Source: Gekko japonicus (taxonomy: Eukaryota). Taken from it: a stretch of 64,000 nt of DNA. The DNA is taken from the NCBI RefSeq assembly GCF_001447785.1, contig NW_015159742.1, forward strand, positions 494,484-558,483, written 5' to 3'. This document shows positions 27,032-48,848 of this stretch, in pieces. Every line of letters begins with the position of its first letter. Positions within the stretch are counted from its first letter, which is position 1. The notes beneath the pieces are model-generated. The model worked only from the letters and a program-made list of their open reading frames with translations, did no database searches and was not told the DNA's origin. Both the position numbers and the translations under genes were made by a program.

Positions 27032-30003
27032 AACCCTGGATTACTTCTCCAAAGCCTGTCTCTGGCAGCGTCACTGCATGGAACAAGAGTGGGGCTGCCC
27101 CATGGTTCTTACAGGCTACCTTAATAATTGGTGGAATTATCCCCCCCCCCATCATCCTGTCACATAAAGCAGTGATTCGCAACCTTTCTGAGTATGAGAA
27201 CTCATTTTTAACATTTAAAAACATGTAGGCCTTCCCCACAAGAGTGGCTATCTGTTGACTGATTTGATTGGTAGTAGTTATCCATTGAGTGAAAAAAATA
27301 CATAATGACAAAAAGATAAAAACGACAATGTTTAGTGGGCATATGAATTCAAACACCCCTTGCAATAATTCTGCAGCACCACCAGGATGGGAACCACTGA
27401 CATAAAGGATTTGATAACTGGGCGATAGTTGGCCCAGGACCCTTTCTCTTGCAGTGACCAGTGATGCCGAGGAAAAAAGAAGTGACCAGCTATTGTACCT
27501 CATATTCAACAGCTTAGCCTGTGGGGGAGGGAGAAAGAAACTGGAAAACCCTTGTTGAGAGAAGGGCTATGGATCTAGTTTTGGAAGATACATTCTGCAG
27601 CTTGAGATTACTGGAGCAGCTGAAATATAGTAAGCGAAGAGAGATTACTCTGGTAACTGATAAGGGCATAGGGTGAGATTCCCAATTTTCTTCTCAGGCC
27701 TGGCCAGCCCAGGGGCTTCCATAATGCCTGTCAATTTCACTAACTGTTGCATTCTGCTCCTGGGCTACGCTATGATGGTGGAGTATATACAGTCTGTGGT
27801 AATTCCTTAGGTTATGTTGCTGCCTCAGGTCACAAATGTTCTGATTCAGGCTATGAAGTCCCATCCAAAGTCCAGATGAAACCAGCCATGGTTTGTATTG
27901 CCTTTCCCAAACAGAGTCCCTGAGCCAATCTTGAGGTGACAAGAGGGGGTGGAAGAAATGGAAAGACCACTTCTGCTGGTATTTGCAATCAACTGAATCT
28001 TTTCAACTTTGGGTGTCGTCAGCTGCCTTGAGTTCTTCTTTTAAAAAAGAAAGGAAGGCTCATGATGGGGAAGAGAAATAAATCCTGATTCCCCGAGCTG
28101 AAACAAAAAGAAATAATAATGATTGTATTACTTCAGAGAGGCAAGCAGTGTTAGTTGGTTGCAGCAAACATTAACAGAAGTCTTGCAGCACTTTAAAGAC
28201 CAGCAAGCATTTTATTCAAGCATAATATCTGTGTTGACTAGAATCCACTTCTTTAGATTCTTTGTCATCTTTGTAAGAACAACAATGACACAAGTTGCAT
28301 GTCACTGCTTATGGTGTCCTTCCATCTTCTGCGTTCCACTCCAGAGAAGGCCATATTTCATGGGTGGACAATTGCCATTGGCAGTCACTTGAGTCAGTCT
28401 TCCTGAAGGTTGAAGTAGATCTGACCAGTGGTTGATTTCTTGAAATAATTGCTGCAGCCAGCATTGCTTCTCCCACCTAAACTGGGGAGGGGGGGAGCCA
28501 TGATTCCTCATGAGTAAAGATGCAGTGACTCTGTACTTGCTCAGAGGCAGTCTCCTTTTCTATTACTGTTATTTCACTTAGTTTAGTACTGAGCCCTGGC
28601 ACTAAAACCTAGTTTGGGAGCCACTCCTGCAATCTGAAAAATGGTTTCCTAGGAGTAAGCCCCACTGAATAGACCTAACTAGGATTCTGAGCAGACCTGT
28701 TTAGGATTGTCCTCTGAATCTATTTTAAATCTAGATTAGACCCTTCCTAAACCAGATTCAAGCAATCCCGTTCCTTAAATGCGGTGGTGAGGGGGAGGAG
28801 TAGAAAGCTCTGCTGTTCTCCCTTCTTCAAGGGAACCATCTGTGTCAGAGGCTGGTCTTGGGGTAATCTACAACTCTCCAGGGCTGGGCAATTAGGTGAC
28901 TGGTGAGCATGAAACATCATATGCTAATAATGATTGAAATGGCCAGTTTCCACAAAAATGGATGCAAGTCCCAGAGGAAGTCAAATTTGACAGCAGGGGC
29001 AATTGTAAAAATGCAAACTGAACCGCTGTGAGGCAAGCATTAAAGCCATTTGGTGCATTATCAGAGCTGCATTGGAGCAAAAGTCATTTTGCAACACAGG
29101 GCAGTTCTATTGCATTGCCTGGGAAAGCTGTCTCAAAGTGCAAAACAAATGCATTTTTTAAAAATGTAGACCCTCCCCTCATTTCCCCTTGAAGTTAAAA
29201 GGTGGGTCTAAATCTACTCAACCTATCCAGATTAGGAACCAGAATGGTACAGTGGTTAGACTTGAGCTCCAACACTGGCTAAAATAGGTGACCTTGGACC
29301 ACTCCATCTTTCTCTCAGCCTAACCTGCCTCACAAGGTTGCTGGGAGGATAAAATGGAGGAAGGCAGAACCATAAGCCATCCTGAAGGCAGAACCATTAG
29401 CCATCCTTGGAGGAAAGGCAGAACCATTAGCCATCCTTGGAGGAAAGGCAGGCTAAAAATGTGATAAGAGAGGAAGTACCTATAGTTGTATCAGTGCTAT
29501 TTCAGTTTCCAGGAGGAGGCAAAATTCTTAGTAATTCTTAGAAAGGCTGACTCTGCAATGTAGTCAAGATTAAACTGCAGAGAAGATGTCAATTTTCATA
29601 GAATTTGTTCTGTTCATGATTCTTTTACCCCACCCCTTCTTCCAAACAGCTCCAAGGAAGATCACATGGCTCTCCTCTTTCCATTTGGTCTTCACAACAA
29701 TCCTGTGAAGTAGGTTAGGCTAAACATGTAACTGGCCCAAGGTCACACTGTGAGCTTCCATGGAAGAATGGAGATTTGAACCCAGGTCTGCCACTCCTAA
29801 TCTGGCCCTCTTACTGTGCTAACTCTGTTGACCTCATGACAGCTATAGCAGGTTAGAGCACTGGACTAGAATTTGGAATTTCTGGGATCAAATCCCTAAT
29901 CTGTCAAGAGGATTACTATCTGGTTTTGAGCCAGTCACTTGCTCTTAGTCTCACCTACCTCATAGGATTGCTGTGAGAGAAAAATGACCATACTCACTGC
30001 CTT

Positions 30004-30281
30004 AAGAAGAAGAAGAAGAAGAAGAGGAGATTGGATTTATACCCGGCCCTTCACTACCCAAAGGTGTCTCAGAGCGGTTTACAAACTCCTTTCCCTTCCC
30101 CTCCCCACAACAGACACCTTGTGAGGTAGGTGGGGCTGAGAGAGCTCTGACAGAAACAGCTCTTATCAGAACTAGGGCTTGCCCAAGGCCATCCAGCCAG
30201 GTGCAAGTGGAGGAGTGGGGAATCAAACCCGGTTCTCCCAGATTAGAGTCCATGCACTTAACCACTACACCAAACTGGCTC
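30004..30281 (-). mobile_element. tRNA-derived SINE (Squam3-like)
   Basis: Pol III A box GGTGTAGTGGTT, B-box-like GGTTTGATTCCC, (CTT)n tail. Confidence 0.85.
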
Positions 30282-32062
30282 CTGAAAGGAGTGGAGGGGT
30301 GAAAATGCAGTAAATAAGAAGAGTCCTGGGTAACTCTAAGGTTTGCTTTATGACATTTTCGTTGATCCTAATAACATTCTTAATCTATCATTGTTTTCAA
30401 ACCTAAGTTTTCCCCTAACAAACCAGTATGGCTCCCTGTAATAGTCATCTTGTAGTAGTACTCATTTCTGGACAGTATTTTTACAGTATTCCAAATCCTT
30501 AAGATTACATTACCAAGGCATATGCTGGAACAGGAAGAAGACTAGCATCCTGTCAAAATAGAAACAGAGGTCCTGACCTGGATAGCCCAGGCAAGCCCGA
30601 TCTGATCTTGGAAGCTAAGTAGGGTCAACACTGGCAAGAACTTGGACGGGATATCTCCTTGGAATACCAGAGCCGGGAGGCAGGGGTGCAGGTTTTATCC
30701 AGCTACCTGTCTGAATATCCTCCATGCCCCCAGTAGGGGTCAGTCAGCATGACTGCCACACACACACACAATATGAAAAAATACTAAAATAAATAAATAA
30801 ATGGAGAATACCTGAAGTAGATTTGGAGTCCAGCTCACAAATTGCCCAGCATAGTCATCATGAGATAATTAATTATCCACTTTTTAGGACTGTGTGTTTG
30901 ATAACAACAGACACTTATAAAAGTATTCCTTTCTGATAATACTTGGTCTCTGATTGGTCCCCCAGCTGCTGCAGGTAAAAATGGTTTTAAGAATAGGCAG
31001 TGACTCAGGATGAAATTCTAAACTTTTTTGTGTGATGCTCTCAGAATTTTTTTAAAAGATGCAAAAGAACCCTCTCTTGATGCATCAGTTCATCTTCTGA
31101 GTTGTGTCAGACATTACTTCATCCCACCCCCACCCCACCCCCACGAAGTGTACTGAGTGTGAGATCAAAAAGATTGCCCAGGTATCCAATAGAGATCCAG
31201 GCACAGTGTGACTAGAATCAGACACAGCTTCTTTAGATTTTGAAGCTCCATGGCGGTTTCCTCCTCTTAGCAGCCCCGCCTAATCTACTGGACGGTTTAA
31301 GTAGGAGCCTGAGCCAGCAGAATTCCAGGGGCTCCAGATCTAGTAAGGAAACCCCTCAAGGGGGAATGGTGGCCTCCAGTGTTCCCTCTGAGTTAGTTTG
31401 AGCTAGCTCACAGTATTTTAGCCTCTGGCTCATGCATTTTTGTCTTAGCTCAGGAAGGATGGCTCCAAAGCAAACTGATTTACACAGCAGCCAAATCGCT
31501 CGCTCACAACTTTAATGCCAGTAGGTCACAAAGTTGAATTTTTGCTCACAAGACTCCATAGTCTTGGTATCAGTGGCCTCCCCTCCACCCCACCCCTTAA
31601 TTTTTGTTCTGTCTTACAGCAAGGAGGCTCTTGAAGCACTGGAACCATGGCAGCCCAAGGAAGGGGGGGATGACTGTGTATCTCCCAAACTCCCATCTTC
31701 TTCTGAATATCAGCCCCTTTCCATTCAATACAAGTAAAAGTACAAAAACGGATAACCTCCATGTCTACCCTACCCCACCTCCTATAGCCCCTTGGGTTTG
31801 GGTTAAAACAAAGGCTTGGGTTCCCAGTGGCAATCTCTTCCCTGAAGGCACAATGCCTTGGGTCTCTCAAGGTCAGTGTGGTCTACTGTGAGTCGCAGTG
31901 GCTCTCCAGGGTCTCCGACCCAGACCTTCCACGTCTCCATTCTATTTGAAATCCTTTTAACTGGAGATACCAAAGATTGGACTCGGATCTTCCCGGATGC
32001 AAAGACCTTCTCCTGCCCTTTCAGAGGCCCCCCCACCCCCCCCCCCCCCACAAAGCGACAAC

Positions 32063-32236
32063 NNNNNNNNNNNNNNNNNNNNNNNNNNNNNNNNNNNNNN
32101 NNNNNNNNNNNNNNNNNNNNNNNNNNNNNNNNNNNNNNNNNNNNNNNNNNNNNNNNNNNNNNNNNNNNNNNNNNNNNNNNNNNNNNNNNNNNNNNNNNNN
32201 NNNNNNNNNNNNNNNNNNNNNNNNNNNNNNNNNNNN
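32063..32236. other. Assembly gap (others at 6842-6873 and 33962-34007)
   Basis: Runs of N; two lie in or next to GC-rich islands. Confidence 1.
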
Positions 32237-32720
32237 CGGAGGGCGCTTCATCCCCCTTTTCTTCTGCTGCTGCTCAGTTAGATGAGCCTTTGGAAGCCGG
32301 AACTCGAAAGGAAAAAAAACCCCGACGTTGCTTTCCGTCCTGTTCTGCGCACCAGAGACTGCGAGCCCTCTGACCTCTTCCCACTGATCGCTGCAACAAC
32401 ACAGGCCTCGTCATCTCGCTAATTATAGGGGAGTGGAGGCGCAGTGGGACCACGTGGCAAGAGTCTCCCGGCTGTAATCGCCGAGGCATTTCCAGAGCGG
32501 CAGAGCGATGCTGTCGGGTTAGGCTGCCCTCGCGGTTAAGCAGCCACCCGAGCCAGCGGTTTCCTCCTGCAGGAAGAGGGCGTTAATCTTCCAGCGTCGG
32601 GCAGAGCAGAGGAAAATGGATCTGTTTGAACCAAGGCAAGATTTTGCACGAATTGGCTGGTTTTTAGAGAACCGCCCGCGTGTACACGAGGACTGCCACA
32701 GGCTAGGAACAGCGGCAGCA
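32237..32720 (-). promoter_or_regulatory. CpG island ~6 kb downstream of the ATP5F1B poly(A) site; probable upstream BAZ2A promoter
   Basis: CpG-rich; E-box CACGTG at ~32451; CCAAT (minus) at ~32653; possible AG|GTCAGA donor at 32375; borders an N-gap. Confidence 0.45.
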
Positions 32721-34183
32721 ATGTTTCCTCTCCACGAGTTGTGTGTACACACAGACCTAAAATAAATTCTTTAAAATTCACTACCAAGATCCCACAAAAA
32801 CCGGAGGTGTGTGTGTTTTAAAGAGGCAACTAAAATGATAATTCCTTACAAGAAAAGGGTAATGCAAACAAAGGTGTTCGTTCAGGGGGAAGGGAGAAAA
32901 AACATAAGGAGGGAGAGATGCTAGAGGCTTAAAATTACAGACGGGATTTCCTTGCTTTGTCCTACTACAGTTCAGTGAAGTTGAGTTGTGGTCGGTTCAG
33001 GGGGAAATCTACAAATGGTAGATGGCACTCATAACTTTGGGGGCAAGTGGAGAGGCAGATGTGGGATTTTAGGCAGCCCTTGCTACTCACTTGAAATGGC
33101 TTCTGACAGCCAGCAGAGGAGAGCTGTTTTATAGTACTCACCCAATCCTGAGGCTGAAACCCCAGGTCCTGGAAACACATACACCTTGAAAAAAGTGGCA
33201 TAAAGCCAAACCCTAATGAGATGGCGGAGGGCCACCAGACACAACAAGGGTCTCACTAAGTAGATGCCTAAGATCTCTGTATCATATGCATATATCATAA
33301 ATATACCTATATCAATAAAACTGCCTTATCTGGAGTTTTTTGTGTCGTAATTTTTTAAATGATGGATGGGGGCATTTGAGGATCATATTGAATAGTGGGT
33401 GGTAGGGGACTAAAGGATTAATAACCACCAGAAAAGAAAAAAAGAAACCCAGCCCTGGCTAAAGTGTTGTGGCCCACCCCAGTGGACTGGTCTGCCTGAG
33501 ATTAGGAAGGCTCCCACAATACCATTTTCCTGTATTATAGCCACACTCTGTTGCATGCCTAATATACTATACTCATTCAGGTTTCAGTATTGATTGTACT
33601 GACCTACACTGTGCTTATGTCTATTTGTATGGACTGTTATCGATTACACTGCATAATCCGCTGTGAGTAAGGTGGGCTATACAGTAAATAAATGTACACA
33701 GGTTTGCTCATTTTGCATAATTTTATTTTTCCTATCAGGGAGAATACAGAGAGATGTTATGTTCTTGAAGCCTGGACCACCTGAAATCTTACGCAACCCT
33801 CCACTGTGACTACCGATAATCTTTGCAGCTTTAAAGGCTAGAGATTATTTTCGTGCAGGATTCTCAAGGTGCTGAATTCTGAGGGTAGTACCAACTGCGG
33901 AAGTACAGAATACACATAAACCTGAATATGTATTTCCAAGTGACCTAGAATGTTGTCCACCNNNNNNNNNNNNNNNNNNNNNNNNNNNNNNNNNNNNNNN
34001 NNNNNNNTCCCTGTGCAGAATTAGAGCTGCTAAAACTCAGGGCTTGACTCCAAATTTCAGGATTTCTCAGTATTTCCATTTAAAGCTCAGCCAGAAGAAA
34101 GGGGACAGGCTATGAACGTTTATTATAGCAGCTGAAAGATTAGTCAGGTAGCCCCTTGTTCTCATCCTCCCTCTGCCCATAAA

Positions 34184-34462
34184 GGAGGAGGAGGAGGAGA
34201 TTGGATTTATACCCCGCCCTTCACTTGGAGTCTCAGAGCAGTTTACAAACTCCTTTCCCTTCCCCTCCCCACAACAGACACCCTGTGAGGTGGGTGGGGC
34301 TGAGAGAACTCTGACACAAACTGCTCTTTTTCAAGGACAGCTGTGCCAGAGCTTGTGACTGACCCAAGGTCACATCAGCAGGTGCAAGTGGAGGAGTGGG
34401 GAATCAAACCCGGTTCTCCCAGATTAGAGGCTGCACACTTAACCACTACACCAAACCGGCTC
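34184..34462 (-). mobile_element. tRNA-derived SINE (Squam3-like)
   Basis: Same family as 30004-30281. Confidence 0.85.
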
Positions 34463-35597
34463 CCCTAAATAAGCTTCTCTCTGCCTCAGCCCCCTTCCCC
34501 TTTATTATGGAAACAATACCTTACAGGGTTGTTGTACAACTGCAAGATAATCTTAAGAATTTCAAGCAGTTGACAAGACTGGAGGAGGCTCCTCTACAGT
34601 CTTCCCTTCTAGAGTTTAAACCACCTAATCCCCCTTTTCCAGCATGGTTTCCCAATCACAACACATTTTGCTCTGAGAGAGAACAAGCAAGCAAGCAACT
34701 AAGAGGTAAACGGCAAGGCAGCTGTAATATTTTGAAAATAGAGTGGAAAGCGGGCAGTGTAATTTTATTGTTGTGACCCGCCTTGAGCACACTTGTGGGG
34801 AGGGCAGGATAAAAATTCAGACAAACAAATAAATATATAAATGCTGAAATCACTGTCTGATCCCTTGAAAAGATGGCCTGATGAAAATGGAGGGATGTTT
34901 TAACAAGTTATTTTTTTCTGTTGGTACCTAACAAAAGCTGTAGATGGCAAGACCTCATAAAAGAAGCATTCCTCCCCCCCGCCCCCCAGAGGATGGAAGA
35001 CCTTTTCAAACATACTGTAGGTGTTATGATACAAGCAGTCACCCGCTAAAAACAAAGAATGCCTTTTGAATTCACAATTACAGATTGAGTCATATGCAAG
35101 TTGACACAGAGCTACAAGGGGTCCTATGCTGTTACTCCATTCTAAGATTTCAGTGGCCTTATACTGGAATGACTCTACATGGGATTTCTCTGTTAATAGA
35201 TGAAGTAAACATTGGACTAAGCTTTCTCTTAGTTAAATTACTGCCCTATTTGTTTTCTCTTTTAAAAAATTATCAAGTGCTGCTAGACTTTGCCCTCCTG
35301 CTTCATCCGGTGCTTTTATTGAGTTCACTAGCTCTGTAGTCTTACGCTTCAAGAACTGAACAAAAAAGGAGATCTGGTAGCTCAATGGAAACTGTATTCC
35401 CCCATTTTTCTTGGAAGCAAGACTAGTTACTAGTGAATAAATGATCAGGCTGTAAATTTTAGATGCGTATGGGAGCTGAGAAGATCTGTGCAGAGGCATA
35501 TGATGTTCCATAAAAATGGCCCCATACGTACAATCAGGCTAACCATGCTTGTAGTGGAGGTACGCAACCAGCTGCTGGAGTGATATTCCTTTTTATA

Positions 35598-35612
35598 GCC
35601 AGTAGAGGGCAC
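35598..35612 (+). promoter_or_regulatory. CTCF motif
   Basis: GCCAGTAGAGGGCAC matches CCASYAGRKGGCRS. Confidence 0.6.
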
Positions 35613-36375
35613 TTTGTGGCAAATCCATGCAAATAAAAAGTTGTATTGGCTCAGTCATAGTTAAAAGTTATGGTAGTAAACTTTGCCAAGCAAATGGCTT
35701 CCTTTTATGTTTTGTTCTATTACACCTCCTCAGATATAAACAGAACTGTAAATTAGAGAAATTGACACTGCAATGATAGCAGCTCTCTAAGGAGAATTCA
35801 GCTGAGTTAATCCCATATTACTTTCATTTCACAGCCACCACAGGGAGTATTGTTCTTCCTCTTTTGAGGCCAAGAAGGTTCATTAAAGATGCTGAAACTT
35901 ATTAAACTGAGCTCTAGGTGACAGCAACACCAATAGGGCCATACAGGTCTCAGCATTCATGTGAAGAGCATCCTTACCTCCCTTGTAAGGCAGCTCCTAA
36001 AAACAGTGAAGCACTAGCAGAAACAGATACTGGCAGTCGTTAACAGGACCAAGGGGGAAATCAATACCTGGATACTTGGAGAAACGGTAGTTAGAGGATT
36101 TGGTATTCAGAGTTCAGTTACCAAGATTTTGATGGGAAAGTCAGTCAAGTTTTTATTTAGTACCTTTTAAAATCCCTAAGGAGCTCAAAGATGGTGTATC
36201 CGGTTCTCCTCTGCTTCACTTTATCTTAAAAAGCCATTGCGGGAGGTAAGACTGAGAGACAGTTACCTGGCCCAAGGCTACCCAGGAAGTCTAATGGCAA
36301 GTGGAAGCAGTACCTGGCTCTGTTCATCAAAATTTTACTGAACTGAACACAGAACATGTTTGTCCTACAGTTCAT

Positions 36376-36683
36376 AAGGCTCCAAACATGCAGCATGGAA
36401 ATGAACTACAGATTCTAACGCAAGTGACAGTCTTGGACAAGCCATATCCACTGAAGCCTGTACTCTCTCATCACTCAAAGGAGACAGGTTAATACATCAG
36501 CAACGGAGCATGTGATTAGCTGTACACAGTAAGGCTCCAACATGCAGCATGGAAATGAACTACAGATTCTAACGCAAGTGACAGTCTTGGACAAGCCATA
36601 TCCACTGAAGCCTGTACTCTCTCATCACTCAAAGGAGACAGGTTAGTACATCAGCAACGGAGCATGTGATTAGCTATACACAG
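36376..36683. repeat. Tandem duplication, ~155 bp x2
   Basis: Two adjacent copies with about three differences. Confidence 0.92.
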
Positions 36684-38855
36684 AACTAAGGTTTAAAGAT
36701 ACAGGAATGTTTCCGGAAACAGGCTTGAGAGGCTTCTAGCCAAGCTTGATGCAACTAATTTAAGTAGAAGTTACTGAGGCTGCAATCTTCAAGCCTTAGC
36801 TCTGTAACTCCTGTGTGCCTTTGTTTCCCTCAGACTCCCTCATGGATTTCTTCTTAAAAAGGAAATAAAACACTGAACAAAAATGGTGCCATTCGAGACA
36901 TGAGTCAGACCAATAGCTCTGACCCTTTTAATGCACCACATGCAAAATTACAAATGTTCCAGCCCCAAGTGAAAAAATGAGGACATACAAACCACTGTAG
37001 ATAGTGTTTATGCTCAATACAGAGATATCAAGCACCATATTCAATGAGGCCCGTGTCTGATGGCCTCCAGTCAGCTCCAAATTAATTTGATTTCTATTTG
37101 CTGTGCATCACTTTTTTCGAGGCCTGACAGAGAGAATAAGGGGACCCGAGATATTCCTTTTCTACTAGAAGCCATTGTAAATGGGAGAAGAGCTGCCTGA
37201 AATCATGGAGCACCCCCCACCAATTTGTACTTTATTTCTATTAAGAACCATGGAGTTACAAGTCATATAACCCATTAGTCTATGATTAATCAATCCAAGG
37301 CAAGCTTCTTCTAATAGAAACATTTTAAATGGCCCACAAGTGCTATACTAGATTCTTTGACAGAGGAGTGTTTCGTGAGTTTGTGATGAACATTCGCTGT
37401 TGTCTGATAGCTAGCTGTTTAACAGAAGAACAATCAAAACCAAGCTCCATGCTGAAGTGTAATCAAAGACTGAAATTCCACCCATAAGCCCAGGAACAGC
37501 TTGAGCGTTGAGTACTTGTGGCTGCTTCAAAGGTCCATTCTTTTTTTTCTGGAAGTGATGTACTTTAGGCACTGAGATGCTGTAGTAGAGGAGTGTAATA
37601 GGTAGGAAACATACAGAACAGCTCTGCCTATGCAATTCTAGTTCACACGTACTGCATAAACAATAAAGCATTTAAGCAGTAGTACTGAAAGACAGCTATT
37701 TATTCTTTTGCACTTAGGAAATAGTTCATAGTAATGTTGCTAGGATGACCACCACCACCCTTCCTGTCTACGCACTACCTAGAAGGTCCGGTCAGAGATT
37801 CCTGGCTTCTAACAGCTAACTGAAAGATTCTGACGGGGGCTTTCAGTGTAGCTATGTGAAGATCAGTTGTTGCAAGAAAATTTGCCATACTTGCTACTAA
37901 ACAAGCCTTCATCAAAGCAAAAGCTACATCACAGACCTATGACCTGACTGTGCTTCTATACTGCAAAGCACAGGATAAACTGAAAGTGGGACTTTTCCAT
38001 CTCATACCCATAGTTCCACCTTCTAGCCCTTTTCTCTAAATGCTTTTTGTCCTAGGTACAGTTCTGGATATGTTTGCTACACATCACCGCCATATAATCT
38101 TTGTTCACTTCCAACAGTGACTGCTGGTTGTCTCCCCCCACCCACAAGTTGCTAACATTCAAAACTGGGAGTTATGAAATAGGCTAGGGGAACTATAACT
38201 CAGCAAGCTAAGAAATAGCAGGATGCAAGGATTCTGCTCCCCATCATCTGGACAGATTATTTGCTGGTGATGAAATGTTCTGGAGACCAAGTACAGCAAC
38301 ATTTACTCTCACTTAACAAGGTGGGGAAGAGGAGGAGGGAGCAGTATGGAAGGCTAGGGGGAGAGAGTAGAATGCCTTTTATAACTGGAGAAAACCGTCC
38401 TGGGGTGTTTTCTGCAGTTGCAGTGTTATTAATGGGTATTCAGAAAGCCAGATGACTGCAGACGCACGAATAATCATTTCTAGCTCCTCACCTCACGCAG
38501 AAGTTCCAGTTTTCAGATGAGAGGCTGGATGAGTGCCGGCAATGTAATCTTGTTAATGAGAAGGTATTAGCCTCTCTCCAGTGTTGTCCCCTCTCACAAA
38601 GTGAAAAACTTCAGAGCTACCTGACAGGACACAGGTATACATTTTAGAGTGCTTTCTTAGCCAGCTCAGCTAATGATGGCCCTCTGCAGAGTGTGCTGGA
38701 ACAGTTTCCAATATCAAGTTGCAAGATCTCTTGACTAACCCCTGCCAGGCAGATAACCTCAACCTATTTCAAGCTGGGGCAAAAGTACTGCTCGGTCTCC
38801 TTTTCCTAGCTACCTTCAGTAAGGCACCAAACACTTTTTAATCTCACCAGACATT

Positions 38856-38861
38856 TTTATT
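38856..38861 (-). terminator. AATAAA polyadenylation signal of ATP5F1B
   Basis: First AATAAA on the minus strand, ~150 nt after the stop. Confidence 0.75.
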
Positions 38862-39011
38862 GGAAACTTTAAATAATTTTTAGACATATTACATGGCTTT
38901 CCCCAACAGGAAACTGGACAACATGAACCAGTGACAGAGGAGCAGAGGTTTTGCCTCAGCAGTGAGACTCATGAATGTTCTTCAGCTAACTTCTCAGCTT
39001 TCGCCACAGCC

Positions 39012-47049
<8,038 letters not shown>

Positions 47050-47058
<9 letters not shown>

Positions 47059-47450
47059 GGCGGTCACCGGCTGACTGAAAGAACAGTCCCAGCGCCAGCC
47101 TGGATCTGTTGCAGCCGGGGCGGGATCAGGGAATCTGAATCTTCTATTGGTCGGGAGCGTTTGGCTACCTAGAGTTTATTGGACACCAGCCTTGTCACCT
47201 GTCTACTGGAAGGACTATATAGCGCCGGAAAAAAGGGGAGGAGCTATGAGACATTGTCCTATTTGCCAAAGGGCCTGCTCTTCACCAGAACTACGTGTTT
47301 CATTTAAAAAAAAAATCCACTCGGTAACTGGCGAGAAAAGAATACCCTCCCATTGGGATAGGGATAGCCAATGAAAAGTACGAAAGGGGGCAGAGGCAAT
47401 GTTTTTAAAGGCGCCGTCCTTACGAGAGCTGACATCATGGATTTGTCTTT
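47050..47450 (-). promoter_or_regulatory. ATP5F1B CpG promoter
   Basis: CpG-rich; YY1-type CCGCCATGTT over the ATG; several CCAAT/ATTGG boxes (~47146, 47178, 47352, 47368); ETS/GABP CCGGAA at ~47225. Confidence 0.8.
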
Positions 47451-47908
47451 TCCTGCTTGGGCAGGTTTCATTATTTCTTCAGGGCGCAGGGCCCGCTAAC
47501 TATCAGAAACAAGGGAAACAAGAACTAGAAAAGGAATGCTAGTTCCAGTTTAAAATTCAGCGCTCTTAAAGTGTGTGTGGGTTGCTGACTTACTCGGGAG
47601 TAAGTCAGCAACCTTACGTAGAAGGTGATTCTTTCCTGGAGTAGAACTGGAGGCATACCGGTGTCACGCACACAAAACGACAAATAGTTTCTCAGTCTGC
47701 TTCCAGACAATGGACAAGCATGGTCTTTCAAACCGTGACTCAGCTGGGTTACTACACTGTGTCCCTCTCCCCAGTCAGTCAGGAACAGGACCGTACTTTC
47801 TGGACACTGGGAATGCTTTTGGGATTTCCGGATATTGTCAGCTGTAGTGCAGGTAGAATCCGGGATACTCTGGTCATTCTCTTTCTTGGGATGTGGTACA
47901 ATCCCTAT

Positions 47909-48186
47909 GAGCCAGTTTGGTGTAGTGGTTAAGTGCGTGGGACTCTTAATCTGGGAAAACCGGGTTTGATTCCCCACTCCTCCACTTGCACTTGGCTGGA
48001 TGACCTTGGGCAAGCTGTAGTTCTGATAAGAGCTGTTCTTGAAAAAGAGCAGTTTCTGTCAGAGCTCTCTCAGCCTCACCTACCTCACAGGGTGTCTGTT
48101 GTGGGGAGAAGGCAAAGGAGTTTGTAAACAGCTTTGAGAAACCTTTGGGTAGTGAAGGATGGGGTATAAATCCAATCTCTTCTTCC
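47909..48186 (+). mobile_element. tRNA-derived SINE (Squam3-like)
   Basis: GAGCCAGTTTGGTGTAGTGGTTAAG...ATAAATCCAATCTCTTCTT. Confidence 0.85.
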
Positions 48187-48848
48187 ATGTTAGCAGTGCC
48201 TGTTCCCAATGAAGCACATAACCATTTACCTGCAAAGTAGGGTCGCCAGCTCTGAGTCTGGACATTCCTGGAGATTTGCAAATAGAGCCTGGGGAAGGCA
48301 GGGTATAATACTTTAGAGTCCACCCTCCAAAGCAGCCATTTCCTCCAGGGTAATAGATCTCTATAGTGTGGAAATCAGGTGTAATCCTAGGAGATCTCTA
48401 GGTCCCACTTAGAGATTGGCAACCCTAGGAAGATGTATCCAACATGTGTCTAACATGGTTGCTCAGTTTGTCAAGGCAAATTTCAGCTCCTCTAATTTAT
48501 GATATTGCGTTAAAGGTACAGGATCCATGACAGAACACAAGGGAAGTCACCAACCTTTGCTTTAGTTCCAGAATAGTGGTGCCATTTTTCCAAACAGGGA
48601 AACGGTACAATTCCTTCCTCAAATCATCACTATACTTCTTGAGTGTATATCTACCCCATAATGTCCTTTACCAGCCATCATACTCGTGAGCAGGGTGTTC
48701 AAGTGACAAAAATTAATCCCACAGAGTGACAGGAGAAAACAGGGATTAAAAAAAAATCAAGCAAGATGCAGGATTGTTTTAAAACAATGCTTGCTAAAAG
48801 TGTTTTGCTGTGATTTCCAGGTTTTGATAGCCATGGTTCAGTGGTAAA

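Noticed and set aside
26937-28511. 190 aa and shorter minus-strand ORFs with strong-looking acceptors
   Set aside because: The long ORF runs into the BovB tail; the translations match no family I recognise and do not join.
37383-37408. GTGATGA...CTGA as a C/D snoRNA
   Set aside because: The boxes are only 14 nt apart, there is no terminal stem, and it is not in a known intron.
47909-47980. tRNA genes at SINE heads
   Set aside because: No full cloverleaf; each continues into a SINE body and microsatellite tail.
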